The notes: generated from the sequence alone by a model not told the origin. A stretch of DNA of 47,770 bases from an uncultured Pseudomonadota bacterium (GCA_964460495.1 CAYWRF010000001.1:1775-49544), one strand, 5' to 3'. Positions 39,453 through 47,312 are shown, counted from the first letter of the stretch. A program made the numbers and translations.

Positions 39453-40444
39453 TGTTGATGTCCTCCCATTCCACTTACAGCCGCCTTCAACTGACTTTCT
39501 GAATCAATGAGAAAGGCAGCGCTGGTTGCAACGACCTCTCCCTCCTTGAGCCCCTCGAGGATCACCCGGTCCCCCTGTGCCTGCGGTCCCAGCTTGACCT
39601 CCCGTGCCGAGAAGTGCTGACCTTCATGAACGATAAAAACCACATTTCGCGTTCCGGTCTCGATCACCGCCGATTGCGGGATCACCAGCTGCTCTCCAAG
39701 GGGGACAAGGATTTTTACGGTGACATAGGTTTCCGGCGTGATTCTCCCGCCAGCCCCCGGTATCTCGATCCGGGCACGGGCGGAGCGTGTCATCGGATCG
39801 AGCACAGGCTCGATCCCCTTGATGACACCCTCAAAACTTTTTTGGCCTGCGATGACCGATCCCTTCATCCCGACTTGAACCGATGAGATTTCTTCTGAAT
39901 AGATCGGCGCGTAGACCCAGACAGGGCCGTTCTCTTGAGGAAGCAACAGGGCCTGGTCGGGTTTGCCGCGCCGCTCAAGGAGCCGGATCTCCTCTTTTGT
40001 CATCCCCATCAGGGTTAGCCTCTGCACCGCTGCCTCCTTGAGAGAGGGGACCCCGCGCGCAATCTCCACGAATTCGGCCTGGGCGGTCGCGAGTTTAGGA
40101 TCAAAGGCAACCCGACCCGGCGCCACGATCTCCTGTGAGACCTCTTTCCGCAAGGCAGGCGTCGTCTTGAGCCCGATGATCTGCTGGCGGTCGGGGGAGA
40201 TCAAAAGACTGTCGGATCTGTCCGACTTGTCTGACTGGTCGGACTCTTTAAAGACAGGCACCAGCTTCATTTGACAGATCGGGCAGGAGCCCGGTTTATC
40301 GGCATGGACGTGCGGGTGCATCGGGCAGGTGTAGTGGCTGATCCCCCTTTCCTCGATTGTCATCTTTGAACAGCTTTTGTAGAAGGCGATGCCGCCCAGG
40401 ATGCCGAGTCCCAGTGCGATCATTGCCAGAAATCTCTTGTTCAT
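39449..40444 (-). CDS. cusB: RND periplasmic adaptor, CusB-like, with N-terminal heavy-metal-binding domain
   Basis: Trimmed to ATG 40444, which overlaps the cusC stop in an ATGA. 'MNKRFLAMIALGL' is a signal/anchor. 'YTCPMHPHVHADKPGSCPICQMKL' is the metal-binding motif. It overlaps the cusA start. Confidence 0.85.
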   Translation of the reverse strand: MNKRFLAMIALGLGILGGIAFYKSCSKMTIEERGISHYTCPMHPHVHADKPGSCPICQMKLVPVFKESDQSDKSDRSDSLLISPDRQQIIGLKTTPALRKEVSQEIVAPGRVAFDPKLATAQAEFVEIARGVPSLKEAAVQRLTLMGMTKEEIRLLERRGKPDQALLLPQENGPVWVYAPIYSEEISSVQVGMKGSVIAGQKSFEGVIKGIEPVLDPMTRSARARIEIPGAGGRITPETYVTVKILVPLGEQLVIPQSAVIETGTRNVVFIVHEGQHFSAREVKLGPQAQGDRVILEGLKEGEVVATSAAFLIDSESQLKAAVSGMGGHQH

Positions 40445-41703
40445 GGTTTCTCCTTTCTTTGAAGATCCGCGCCGACAAGCCTTTCCAGTTCGGCGTGATA
40501 AATCCCCCAACGGGACTGGTTCTCAAGGTAATCCATTTCAAGCTCGAGGCTTGTTCGCGTCGCATCGACGAGCGTCAGGAAATCAACGTCGCCGGCGCTG
40601 TAGGCGGTTCGGGCGGCGGTCACAGTTGTGCGGGCCGCAGGGAGGATCTCTTTTTCGAACTTCATCACAATTTCGCGCGTGGCCTCTGCCGCCCGGTAGG
40701 CCTGCTCGATCTCGTGCCGGGTATGGATCAGGAGCGATTCCTGTTCCGCCTCGGTCGCCCTCAGTGACGCCTTCGCCTCGTTGATCTCGCCGCGATTCTT
40801 CCTCCAAAAAAAGATCGGGAGGTTGATCATTGCGGTACCGGTCCAGGTGTCCTGCTGACTCGGTCTCTGGTTGTATTCGAGTTCGGCCGAGAGGTCGGGC
40901 AGGAGCCCCAGTCTTGCCACAGCGAGCCTCTTGCGGTCCCGCTCCGTCATCGCCTGAAGCGCCTTCAGCTCCGGTCTTGATTCGATCGCCCTGTTGACTG
41001 TCTGATCCAGCGAAAGGACAACCGCAGGCCAGTCAAGTTTTTCGGGCAGCCGGATCTCGTCATGCGTCCGGCGGTTCAGCAGCGCCTTCAGATGCGAAAG
41101 GTGTGTGAGTCTCTCCCTGTTGAGGTCGATCTCCTCACCCTGCAGACGGGAGAGTTCCACCTGGGCCCGGAGGGGGGCCTCGGCCCCTTTCTCTCCCGCC
41201 CCGTAGGCGGTCTTTGCAGACTGCAGATATTGATTAAAAAGTGATTGCGCCTCCCGATTCACCTCCAGGGAACGGTCGAAACGGTAGAGGCCATAGTAGG
41301 TTTTCTTGAGGTCGAGGATGATCTCCGCAATCGCCCCGCGTCCCCTCTCTTTCTGGGCGGTCGCCTCTTTCTTTGCCGCCTTTCCCTTCATCAGCCGCTT
41401 TCCGGGAAAGGGGAGTTTCTGTTCAACCCTGTAACTGATCTCGGCCCCCTGTTTCACGTCGAGTGTGTCGATCGGGACATCGTAGAACTGGATCCCGACC
41501 TCAGGATCTTCCAGGGTCTTTGCCTGCGGCACACGCGCCTCCGCCTCTTGGGTCCGGTGGTGCGCCGCCCGGACATCCGGATTCTGGGACAGGACCTCCT
41601 CGATCGCCGCATCAAGGGTTAACGGCTGAGGAGTCTCCCCTCCTGCCAAGACGGGGGCTGTCAAAATCAGAGTCAGCGCTATGAAAGGCAGTGATCGAAC
41701 CAT
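40441..41703 (-). CDS. cusC: TolC-family outer-membrane efflux protein (CusC-like)
   Basis: I prefer ATG 41703 (MVRSLPFIALTLILTAPVLAGG, with RBS GAGG upstream) over the track's TTG 41718. 'LTLDAAIEEVLSQNPDVRAA' is the typical OEP repeat start. Confidence 0.85.
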   Translation of the reverse strand: MVRSLPFIALTLILTAPVLAGGETPQPLTLDAAIEEVLSQNPDVRAAHHRTQEAEARVPQAKTLEDPEVGIQFYDVPIDTLDVKQGAEISYRVEQKLPFPGKRLMKGKAAKKEATAQKERGRGAIAEIILDLKKTYYGLYRFDRSLEVNREAQSLFNQYLQSAKTAYGAGEKGAEAPLRAQVELSRLQGEEIDLNRERLTHLSHLKALLNRRTHDEIRLPEKLDWPAVVLSLDQTVNRAIESRPELKALQAMTERDRKRLAVARLGLLPDLSAELEYNQRPSQQDTWTGTAMINLPIFFWRKNRGEINEAKASLRATEAEQESLLIHTRHEIEQAYRAAEATREIVMKFEKEILPAARTTVTAARTAYSAGDVDFLTLVDATRTSLELEMDYLENQSRWGIYHAELERLVGADLQRKEKP

Positions 41704-41748
41704 AAAAACCTCATCCAAAGAAAAACGGACACCCTGGGTGAGGTTTTT

Positions 41749-42066
41749 TTAGATCAGAAATGACGAATCAATCAGAAAGAGGGGAGGGGAGTGGGAATGA
41801 ACGGCAAGAAATTTCTGAACCGGGACCACAAGGTCTGACGCGGATGGAGCCAAGGCCGCAAGAATCGGGGCCAGGAGGAATGGTGCGACTGGCGCAACAT
41901 TCAAGACAGGGAGGCGAGAGGTCTTTTGAGGGCCCGGCGTGCAGCAGGAGATCTCTGTTGCGCAGAGCTCGCGTCCACAGCAATCGCCTTTCACCCCGGC
42001 AGGAACGGAAGAGAGGAGGACAAATGAAAGGAACACAAACGCGATGGCACCAACAAATCTCTTCAT
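41749..42066 (-). CDS. small putative secreted Cys-rich protein (first ORF of the cus cluster)
   Basis: Track ORF trimmed to ATG 42066, because the upstream part overlaps the tRNA. 'MKRFVGAIAFVFLSFVLLSSVPAGV' is a signal peptide, followed by 'KGDCCGRELCATEISCC'. RBS AGGA lies 5 nt upstream. No family recognised. Confidence 0.35.
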   Translation of the reverse strand: MKRFVGAIAFVFLSFVLLSSVPAGVKGDCCGRELCATEISCCTPGPQKTSRLPVLNVAPVAPFLLAPILAALAPSASDLVVPVQKFLAVHSHSPPLFLIDSSFLI

Positions 42067-42109
42067 TCTGGTCCTACCATACCAGCTTGCGGAGTCTCTG
42101 TCAAACAAA

Positions 42110-42193
42110 TGCGGCGGGGGGGATTCGAACCCCCACAGGATTTCTCCCACTAGCTTCTGAGACTAGCGCGTCTACCAGCTCCGCCACCGCCGC
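42110..42193 (-). tRNA. tRNA-Leu (anticodon CAG)
   Basis: Minus strand: GCGGCGG-TG-GCGGAGCTGGTAGACGC-G-CTAGT-CTCAGAA-GCTAG-(long variable arm TGGGAGAAATCCTGT)-GGGGGTTCGAATCCCCC-CCGCCGC-A. All four stems pair. The anticodon loop is CU-CAG-AA. No CCA is encoded. Confidence 0.88.
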
Positions 42194-42200
42194 AAAAAAA

Positions 42201-42242
42201 CATGCCACATCGGGACGCGTCTACCAGTTCCGCCACCCGGGC
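42201..42242 (-). pseudogene. truncated tRNA-Leu-like 5' half
   Basis: The minus strand GCCCGGG-TG-GCGGAACTGGTAGACGCG... reproduces an acceptor 5' strand plus D-arm, with 20 of 21 nt identical to 42168..42188 of the intact tRNA. It then loses tRNA structure and ends in a T7 run directly abutting the intact gene. Confidence 0.45.
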
Positions 42243-42442
42243 TAATGCCTATACCCCCCCTCATCCTCTTCATTGTTAACCGGCTCTTCGCCCCCCTCCT
42301 CATCCTCATCGTACTCCTCAAGCCCCGAGTCATTGAAGATCTCGGTGCCGCAGTTGGGGCATACCGAATCCCCGCCGGTATAGGCGCCACAATTCGGACA
42401 ATAATCCTCCATGAGTTCATCGTCGCGTTTTTTGTCTGGCAT
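42242..42442 (-). CDS. small zinc-ribbon protein with acidic tail
   Basis: Trimmed to ATG 42442 (RBS AAGGGGG). 'CPNCGAYTGGDSVCPNCG' is a 2x CxxC ribbon. The C-terminus 'EEYDEDEEGGEEPVNNEEDEGG' is acidic. Confidence 0.55.
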   Translation of the reverse strand: MPDKKRDDELMEDYCPNCGAYTGGDSVCPNCGTEIFNDSGLEEYDEDEEGGEEPVNNEEDEGGYRH

Positions 42443-42462
42443 AAAACCCCCTTCTCTCAAGG

Positions 42463-44040
42463 ATGATTTTAATGTTTTCAGAAGGTTCCCGCTATGCCAT
42501 GAAGAGAATTGTGAAATCAATAACATTTGCGGAAGGAATCGACCGGATCATCCAGGAGTTTAAATGGCCGACCCACCCTGGCAAGGCGGCGCTGGCAGAG
42601 GCGGAGAGATTGCCGGCATCGCTTCCGGAGGCGGAAATTCAGCGGAGGGTTGATCTGACCGGTGAGGTGACCGTCACGATCGACGGGGAGACGGCAAGGG
42701 ACTTTGACGACGCGGTCTCTCTCATGAGCAAGGGGGATCATTCTATCCTGAAGGTCTCGATTGCCGATGTCAGCACCTATGTCGTTCCGGGGTCGGCGCT
42801 GGACCGTGAGGCGTTTCAGCGGGCGGTGAGCCTCTATTTCCCGGACCGATGCCTCCCGATGCTCCCCGAGCGTCTTTCCAATGACCTCTGCAGCCTTGTG
42901 CCGGGCAAGATTCGCCCAACGTTTACGGCGGAGATCGAGTTCGATTCCGATGGCGGGCCTGTCCGGAGCCGGTTCTACCGGAGCCTGATCCGGAGCGCGG
43001 CGAGGCTGACCTACACCTTGGTGAGGAAGATAGTGTCGGATCGTGATCCGGCGGAGCGCAAGAGGCATGAGAATCTCATTCCGCATCTGGAACGGATGGT
43101 AGAACTTGCCGGCAAACTCAGACACCAGAGGGAGCTGAGGGGGAGCCTCGATTTTGACCTGCCGGAACCGGAGATCATCCTCGATCTGGAGACAGGCAGT
43201 GTCGAGGGGATGATGCGGGCGGAGAGAAACCTGGCCCACCGGCTGATCGAGGAGTTCATGATCGCCGCGAATGAGGCGGTCGCCCGGTTTGTCACGGAAC
43301 AGAATGCCCCGATGATCTATCGAATTCACGAGACCCCGTCACCGGAGGGGGTTCACGATTTCCAGACCTTCCTTCATAATCTGGGTATCCCGGTCAAACT
43401 GGGGCGTGGCAAGGGATCCCTGGAATTTGCAAAGGTCATAGAGGCGGTGAAGGGGAGGGACGAGGAGAGGGTCGTCAATACCCTGCTCCTTCGGACGATG
43501 AAGCAGGCGATCTATGATACGAAAAACGCGGGCCACTTCGGGCTCGCCTCCGCCTGTTACACCCATTTTACCTCCCCGATCCGGAGATACCCGGATCTGC
43601 AGGTTCACAGGATCCTGGCCGGTCTGATCGAACAGAAAGAAAAAAGGAGAGAGACACGATCCAAGAAACTCGTGCAGGAGATTGCGGATCGATGCTCGGA
43701 GCGGGAAAGGATGGCGATGAAGGCGGAGTGGGCGAGTCGCGACCTGGCCGGCGCCTTCTTCATGCAGGATAAAGCAGGCAAGACCTTTCACGGCATCGTG
43801 GGGGGGCTCGCAAAGTTCGGGCTCTTTGTTGAATTGACCCCCTATCTGGTGCAAGGGCTCCTCCCTTTCCGGAATATGACCGATGACCATTATCTCTTCT
43901 CTCCCACACAGCATCTCGTTATCGGGAGGAAGACAAAAAAGAGGTTTCGTCTGGGCGAGCGGATCGACGTCTGTGTGAAACAGGTGAATCTGGAGAAAAG
44001 GTGGATCGATCTTTGCTTGGCAAATTCCGTTCCAACATAA
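42463..44040 (+). CDS. rnr: RNase II/R-family exoribonuclease (RNB and S1 domains; no N-terminal cold-shock domains)
   Basis: 'TIDGETARDFDDAVS', 'YFPDRCLPMLPERLSNDLCSL' and 'HFGLASACYTHFTSPIRRYPDLQVHR' are present, with C-terminal S1 'FHGIVGGLAKFGLFVEL'. The start may be ATG 42472, which has better RBS spacing. Confidence 0.85.
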   Translation: MILMFSEGSRYAMKRIVKSITFAEGIDRIIQEFKWPTHPGKAALAEAERLPASLPEAEIQRRVDLTGEVTVTIDGETARDFDDAVSLMSKGDHSILKVSIADVSTYVVPGSALDREAFQRAVSLYFPDRCLPMLPERLSNDLCSLVPGKIRPTFTAEIEFDSDGGPVRSRFYRSLIRSAARLTYTLVRKIVSDRDPAERKRHENLIPHLERMVELAGKLRHQRELRGSLDFDLPEPEIILDLETGSVEGMMRAERNLAHRLIEEFMIAANEAVARFVTEQNAPMIYRIHETPSPEGVHDFQTFLHNLGIPVKLGRGKGSLEFAKVIEAVKGRDEERVVNTLLLRTMKQAIYDTKNAGHFGLASACYTHFTSPIRRYPDLQVHRILAGLIEQKEKRRETRSKKLVQEIADRCSERERMAMKAEWASRDLAGAFFMQDKAGKTFHGIVGGLAKFGLFVELTPYLVQGLLPFRNMTDDHYLFSPTQHLVIGRKTKKRFRLGERIDVCVKQVNLEKRWIDLCLANSVPT

Positions 44041-44058
44041 ACTTTTTGATTCTTGATC

Positions 44059-44088
44059 TTGACACCGAATCCGTTGCCGCTCTAAGAT
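44059..44088 (+). promoter_or_regulatory. sigma70-type promoter of the 6S RNA transcript
   Basis: TTGACA (44059..44064), an 18-nt spacer, then TAAGAT (44083..44088). The predicted TSS is near 44095. Confidence 0.55.
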
Positions 44089-44114
44089 AGGGCCAGTTCT
44101 TTAAAAGGATAAAA

Positions 44115-44305
44115 GCTTCCCCTCTGTTCCCCGTGATGGGTTCGGTGTCTTTAAGAACCGATAGTATAAAAGAGGGAGCCCTTCCTTGCTGTGGTGTGCA
44201 TGCCCATCCGTTTCGAATGGGAAGCCTGAAGCAGCAACAGGGTGCCCACCTGGAATGAGCCAGGGTTCTCAAAGCAAGACCCACACGGCATAACACAGGG
44301 GAATT
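44115..44305 (+). ncRNA. ssrS: 6S RNA
   Basis: Closing stem UUCCCCU.UGUU..CCGUG.UGGGU (44117..44142) pairs with GACCCACACGG...AACACAGGGGAA (44278..44303). Internal stem UUGCUG/CAGCAA and apical hairpin CCCAU-N9-AUGGG are present. The 3'-bubble hairpin is CCUGG-AAUGAG-CCAGG followed by GUUC. Blocks 'CCGAUAGUAUAAA', 'GCAUGCCC...GGGAAGCCUGAA' and 'CCAGGGUUC' resemble E. coli 6S. It sits directly upstream of 5-formyl-THF cyclo-ligase, as in the E. coli ssrS-ygfA arrangement. The ends are approximate. Confidence 0.7.
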
Positions 44306-44500
44306 AAACGCGGCCCTGAGAGATCGGGGCCACGTTTAAGCCCTCTTAAGAAGCGGTTGGTGTTGTCTGAATCGGTGAGGGCGGTTAACAGGAGGCAGAT
44401 TAAAAAAGAGGTCTATTGGGGATTCGCTATGATTTGTGATTCATTGTTAAAATTAAATTTTGGTTCGTCTCCGCCGCCTCTTTTTCTATCTGTCTGATTA

Positions 44501-44980
44501 TTGAAAGAATCGCTGCGTCGATACCTTCTTTCCGTCCGCGAGTCGCTTCGCCCGGAGGAGATCCTTTCCCGCAGTGAGCGGATCCAGCAACGGTTCCTCT
44601 CGCGCCCGTGGCTCTCTTCGGCCCGGACGATTGCCCTCTACAACCCTATTCGTGGCGAGGTACAGACAGGTGAAATCGCTCAGGCGGCGGTTCGAATGGG
44701 GATTTCCGTCTGTTTTCCGAAAATTGTTGGTGAGTCACTCGACTTTTCTCCCCGGCCGGACCTGATCGTCGTCCCAGGCATCGCCTTTGACGCCTCCGGT
44801 TTCCGGCTTGGGTTCGGAAAGGGTTTCTATGATCGCTTCCTCAAGGGCTTTGGCGGTCCGACAATCGGGCTCGCCTATGATTTTCAGTTGAGAGACGAAC
44901 TACCGCGGGATCCCTGGGATCACCCGCTCGCGGCAGTCGTCTCCGAGAGTTCAATTTTTGGAGGGTGCCATGAGCGCTGA
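44501..44980 (+). CDS. 5-formyltetrahydrofolate cyclo-ligase (short)
   Basis: TTG start. Contains 'KESLRRYLLSVRESL' and 'VVPGIAFDASGFRLGFGKGFYDRFL', the MTHFS family motif. 159 aa. Confidence 0.8.
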   Translation: MKESLRRYLLSVRESLRPEEILSRSERIQQRFLSRPWLSSARTIALYNPIRGEVQTGEIAQAAVRMGISVCFPKIVGESLDFSPRPDLIVVPGIAFDASGFRLGFGKGFYDRFLKGFGGPTIGLAYDFQLRDELPRDPWDHPLAAVVSESSIFGGCHER

Positions 44981-46523
44981 GATTATCGGTGTTGTTTCTT
45001 TATTTTTGGGACTCCTGGTCGGTTTTCTCTGGAGGCATCGAACGGCATCCCGGGAGGCCGAGAAGGCCAAGGGCTCTGCCCAGGCGGTGCTCGATGAGGC
45101 AAAATCCAGGGCGAAGACGATCGAAAAAGAGGCGGAACTGACCTCCAAAGACCTCGTGTTGAAGGCGAAGGTTCACGCTGAAGAAGAGATGAGGGGCCGG
45201 CGACAGGAGGTCCAGGGACGGGAGAAAGAGATTCGCTCGCTCGAGGTCCAGCTGGAAAGAAGGCTCTCTCAGATGGAGCAGAGGGAGCAGGAGGGGCGGC
45301 GTTGGGAGCAGAATCTGGAGGAGAGAAAGAAAAAATTGGGAGAGATGGAGGAGAAGTACCAGAAGATGCTCGAACAGGCGCGGGAGACGCTGGAGAAGGC
45401 GGCGAGCGTCACCTCGGAAGAGGCCAAGAAGATGCTGATGGATCAGCTGACCTCGGAGGTGCGCCACGATGCCTCAAAGAAGGCCAAGCAGATCGAGGAT
45501 GAGATCCGTGAAAAGTCGGAACGGGAGGGGAAAAAGATTATCAGCCTCGCGATCGAGAGGCTGGCGGGGGAGTGGGTTCAGGAGGCGACCGTTTCTACCG
45601 TGAAACTCCCGAGCGAGGATGTGAAGGGGAGGATCATCGGTCGGGAGGGGAGGAACATCCGCGCCCTTGAGTCGTTGACCGGTGTCGATCTCATTATAGA
45701 TGATACCCCGGGTGCGGTGGTGCTTTCGTCCCACAACCCGGTCCGAAGGGAGATTGCGCGCGTGACCCTTGAGCGCCTGTTACAGGATGGCCGTATCCAT
45801 CCGGCCCGGATCGAGGAGATATTGGCCAAGGTGACGCAGGAGGTGGAGAAGGGGATCCGGGAATCGGGACAGCAGGCACTCTTTGAGCTCGATCTCCACG
45901 GGGTCCATCCGGAGATCATCAGGCTTCTGGGAAGTCTCAAGTTTCGCTACAGCTACGCGCAGAATGTCCTCCGGCATTCACTCGAGGTCGGTTTTCTCTG
46001 CGGGATGATGGCGGCCGAGCTCGGTTTGAACCAGAAGGTGGCGCGTCGGGCGGGGCTTCTTCACGATATCGGCAAGGCGCTCTCGCATGAGATCGAGGGA
46101 TCGCACGCCGTGATCGGCGGCGAGGTGGCCAAAAAATATGGAGAGGCGCCGGAGGTCGTCCACGGGATCTGGGCGCATCACGAGGATATCCCGCAGGAGA
46201 GTGTGCTGGATCATCTGGTTGAGGCGGCGGATGCGTTGTCGGGCGCCCGGCCGGGTGCGCGGATGGAGCAGGCGGAGGCCTACGTGAAGAGACTGGAGGA
46301 CCTTGAGCGGATCGCCACCTCTTTCGAAAATGTCGAGAAGGCGTATGCGATCCAGGCGGGTCGTGAGCTCCGGGTGATGGTCCAGCCGGAGAAGATGAAC
46401 GACGCCGCCGCAACCTGGCTTTGCAAGGATATCGCCAAGCAGATCGAAAAGGAGCTGACCTATCCGGGACAGATCAAGGTGACGGTGATCCGCGAAACCC
46501 GCGCGATTGGGTATGCGAAGTAA
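44970..46523 (+). CDS. rny: ribonuclease Y
   Basis: ATG 44970 lies 5 nt after GGAGGG. Has an N-terminal TM segment ('IIGVVSLFLGLLVGFLW'), a Lys/Glu coiled coil, a KH domain ('GRIIGREGRNIRALESLTGVDLIIDD') and an HD domain ('LLHDIGKA'). Confidence 0.93.
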   Translation: MSAEIIGVVSLFLGLLVGFLWRHRTASREAEKAKGSAQAVLDEAKSRAKTIEKEAELTSKDLVLKAKVHAEEEMRGRRQEVQGREKEIRSLEVQLERRLSQMEQREQEGRRWEQNLEERKKKLGEMEEKYQKMLEQARETLEKAASVTSEEAKKMLMDQLTSEVRHDASKKAKQIEDEIREKSEREGKKIISLAIERLAGEWVQEATVSTVKLPSEDVKGRIIGREGRNIRALESLTGVDLIIDDTPGAVVLSSHNPVRREIARVTLERLLQDGRIHPARIEEILAKVTQEVEKGIRESGQQALFELDLHGVHPEIIRLLGSLKFRYSYAQNVLRHSLEVGFLCGMMAAELGLNQKVARRAGLLHDIGKALSHEIEGSHAVIGGEVAKKYGEAPEVVHGIWAHHEDIPQESVLDHLVEAADALSGARPGARMEQAEAYVKRLEDLERIATSFENVEKAYAIQAGRELRVMVQPEKMNDAAATWLCKDIAKQIEKELTYPGQIKVTVIRETRAIGYAK

Positions 46524-46526
46524 TAT

Positions 46527-47312
46527 ATGAAACTCCTCTTCATCGGCGATGTCTTCGGCGAACCGGGGCGGCAGGCGATCAAGCAGAAGCTGCCGGAGGT
46601 ACGTCGGGCGCACGGCGTTGATTTTGTGATTGCCAATGTCGAGAACGCGGCGCACGGCAAGGGGGTTTTACCGAAGATGATCGACGAATTCCGGGAGTGG
46701 GGGGTTCAGGGCTTTACCGCCGGGAATCATATCTGGGATCAGAAGGAGATGGTCCCCTATATAAAGGATAGCCGTGTCATGGTCCGCCCGGCAAATTACT
46801 TTGCAGCGGCGCCGGGGCAAGGGTCGATGCTGTTTCAGGTCTATTCGGGGGTGAAGCTGCTCCTGATCAGCCTCGAGGGGCAGATCCTGATGGGGAATGC
46901 GGTCAACTCGCCGTTTGAGGCGGTCGAGCGCGAACTCGCCAAGTGGAAGGGACAGGCAGAGATTATTGCGGTTGATATGCACGCGGAGGCCTCGAGTGAA
47001 AAACGGGCGATGGGGTGGTATCTGGATGGCCGCGTGAGCGCAGTGGTTGGAACGCATACCCATGTGCCAACCGCCGATGAACAGATCCTGCCGAACGGGA
47101 CCGCTTACATCACCGATATCGGGATGACCGGCCCGTATGACTCGGTGATCGGTCTCGACAAGACGGTGGCTCTAAAAAAATTCACAACCCGCCTGCCGGA
47201 GAAGTTCGAGGTGGCGAAAGGGGATGCGCGTCTTTCTGCAGTGCTGATTGATGTCGAAGAGAGTACCGGGAAGGCGAAAAAGATATTGAGGATTCAGGAG
47301 AGGGTTGTTTAA
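46527..47312 (+). CDS. ymdB: YmdB-family metallophosphoesterase (2',3'-cyclic-nucleotide phosphodiesterase)
   Basis: 'KLLFIGDVFGEPGR', 'ANVENAAHGKG', 'DMHAEASSEK' and 'GTHTHVPTAD' are present. The rny-ymdB pairing is conserved. Confidence 0.9.
   Translation: MKLLFIGDVFGEPGRQAIKQKLPEVRRAHGVDFVIANVENAAHGKGVLPKMIDEFREWGVQGFTAGNHIWDQKEMVPYIKDSRVMVRPANYFAAAPGQGSMLFQVYSGVKLLLISLEGQILMGNAVNSPFEAVERELAKWKGQAEIIAVDMHAEASSEKRAMGWYLDGRVSAVVGTHTHVPTADEQILPNGTAYITDIGMTGPYDSVIGLDKTVALKKFTTRLPEKFEVAKGDARLSAVLIDVEESTGKAKKILRIQERVV

Noticed and set aside
40201-40250. Short tandem-looking DNA repeats (tcggat/tccgac/tctgac/tcggac).
   Set aside because: They lie inside cusB and simply encode an Ser/Asp/Lys-rich linker ('SDQSDKSDRSDS'). 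This is not a CRISPR array or a non-coding repeat.
41719-41748. A possible terminator hairpin between the small Cys-rich ORF and cusC.
   Set aside because: The only pairing, CCTCA.../...TGAGG, encloses a loop of more than 20 nt. The T-run is on the wrong strand for the minus-strand transcript.
42192-42207. A second sigma54-like element, TGGCAT-GTTTTT-TTGC, on the minus strand just upstream of tRNA-Leu.
   Set aside because: The spacing between the GG and GC dinucleotides is one nucleotide too long (N6 rather than N5). The predicted start would also fall inside the tRNA. It is formed by the tRNA-fragment end plus the T7 run.
42110-42242. The tRNA-Leu duplication as an att site flanking an integrated element.
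   Set aside because: The two copies are adjacent rather than flanking a block. The duplicated part is the 5' half. No integrase is present, and I could not spot a distal repeat of the tRNA 3' end by eye. It is kept only as a weaker 'remnant' observation.
44429-44497. A 22-codon ORF (MICDSLLKLNFGSSPPPLFLSV) in the spacer between the 6S RNA and the MTHFS gene.
   Set aside because: It has no convincing RBS, is very short and AT-rich, and there is no reason to think it is translated.
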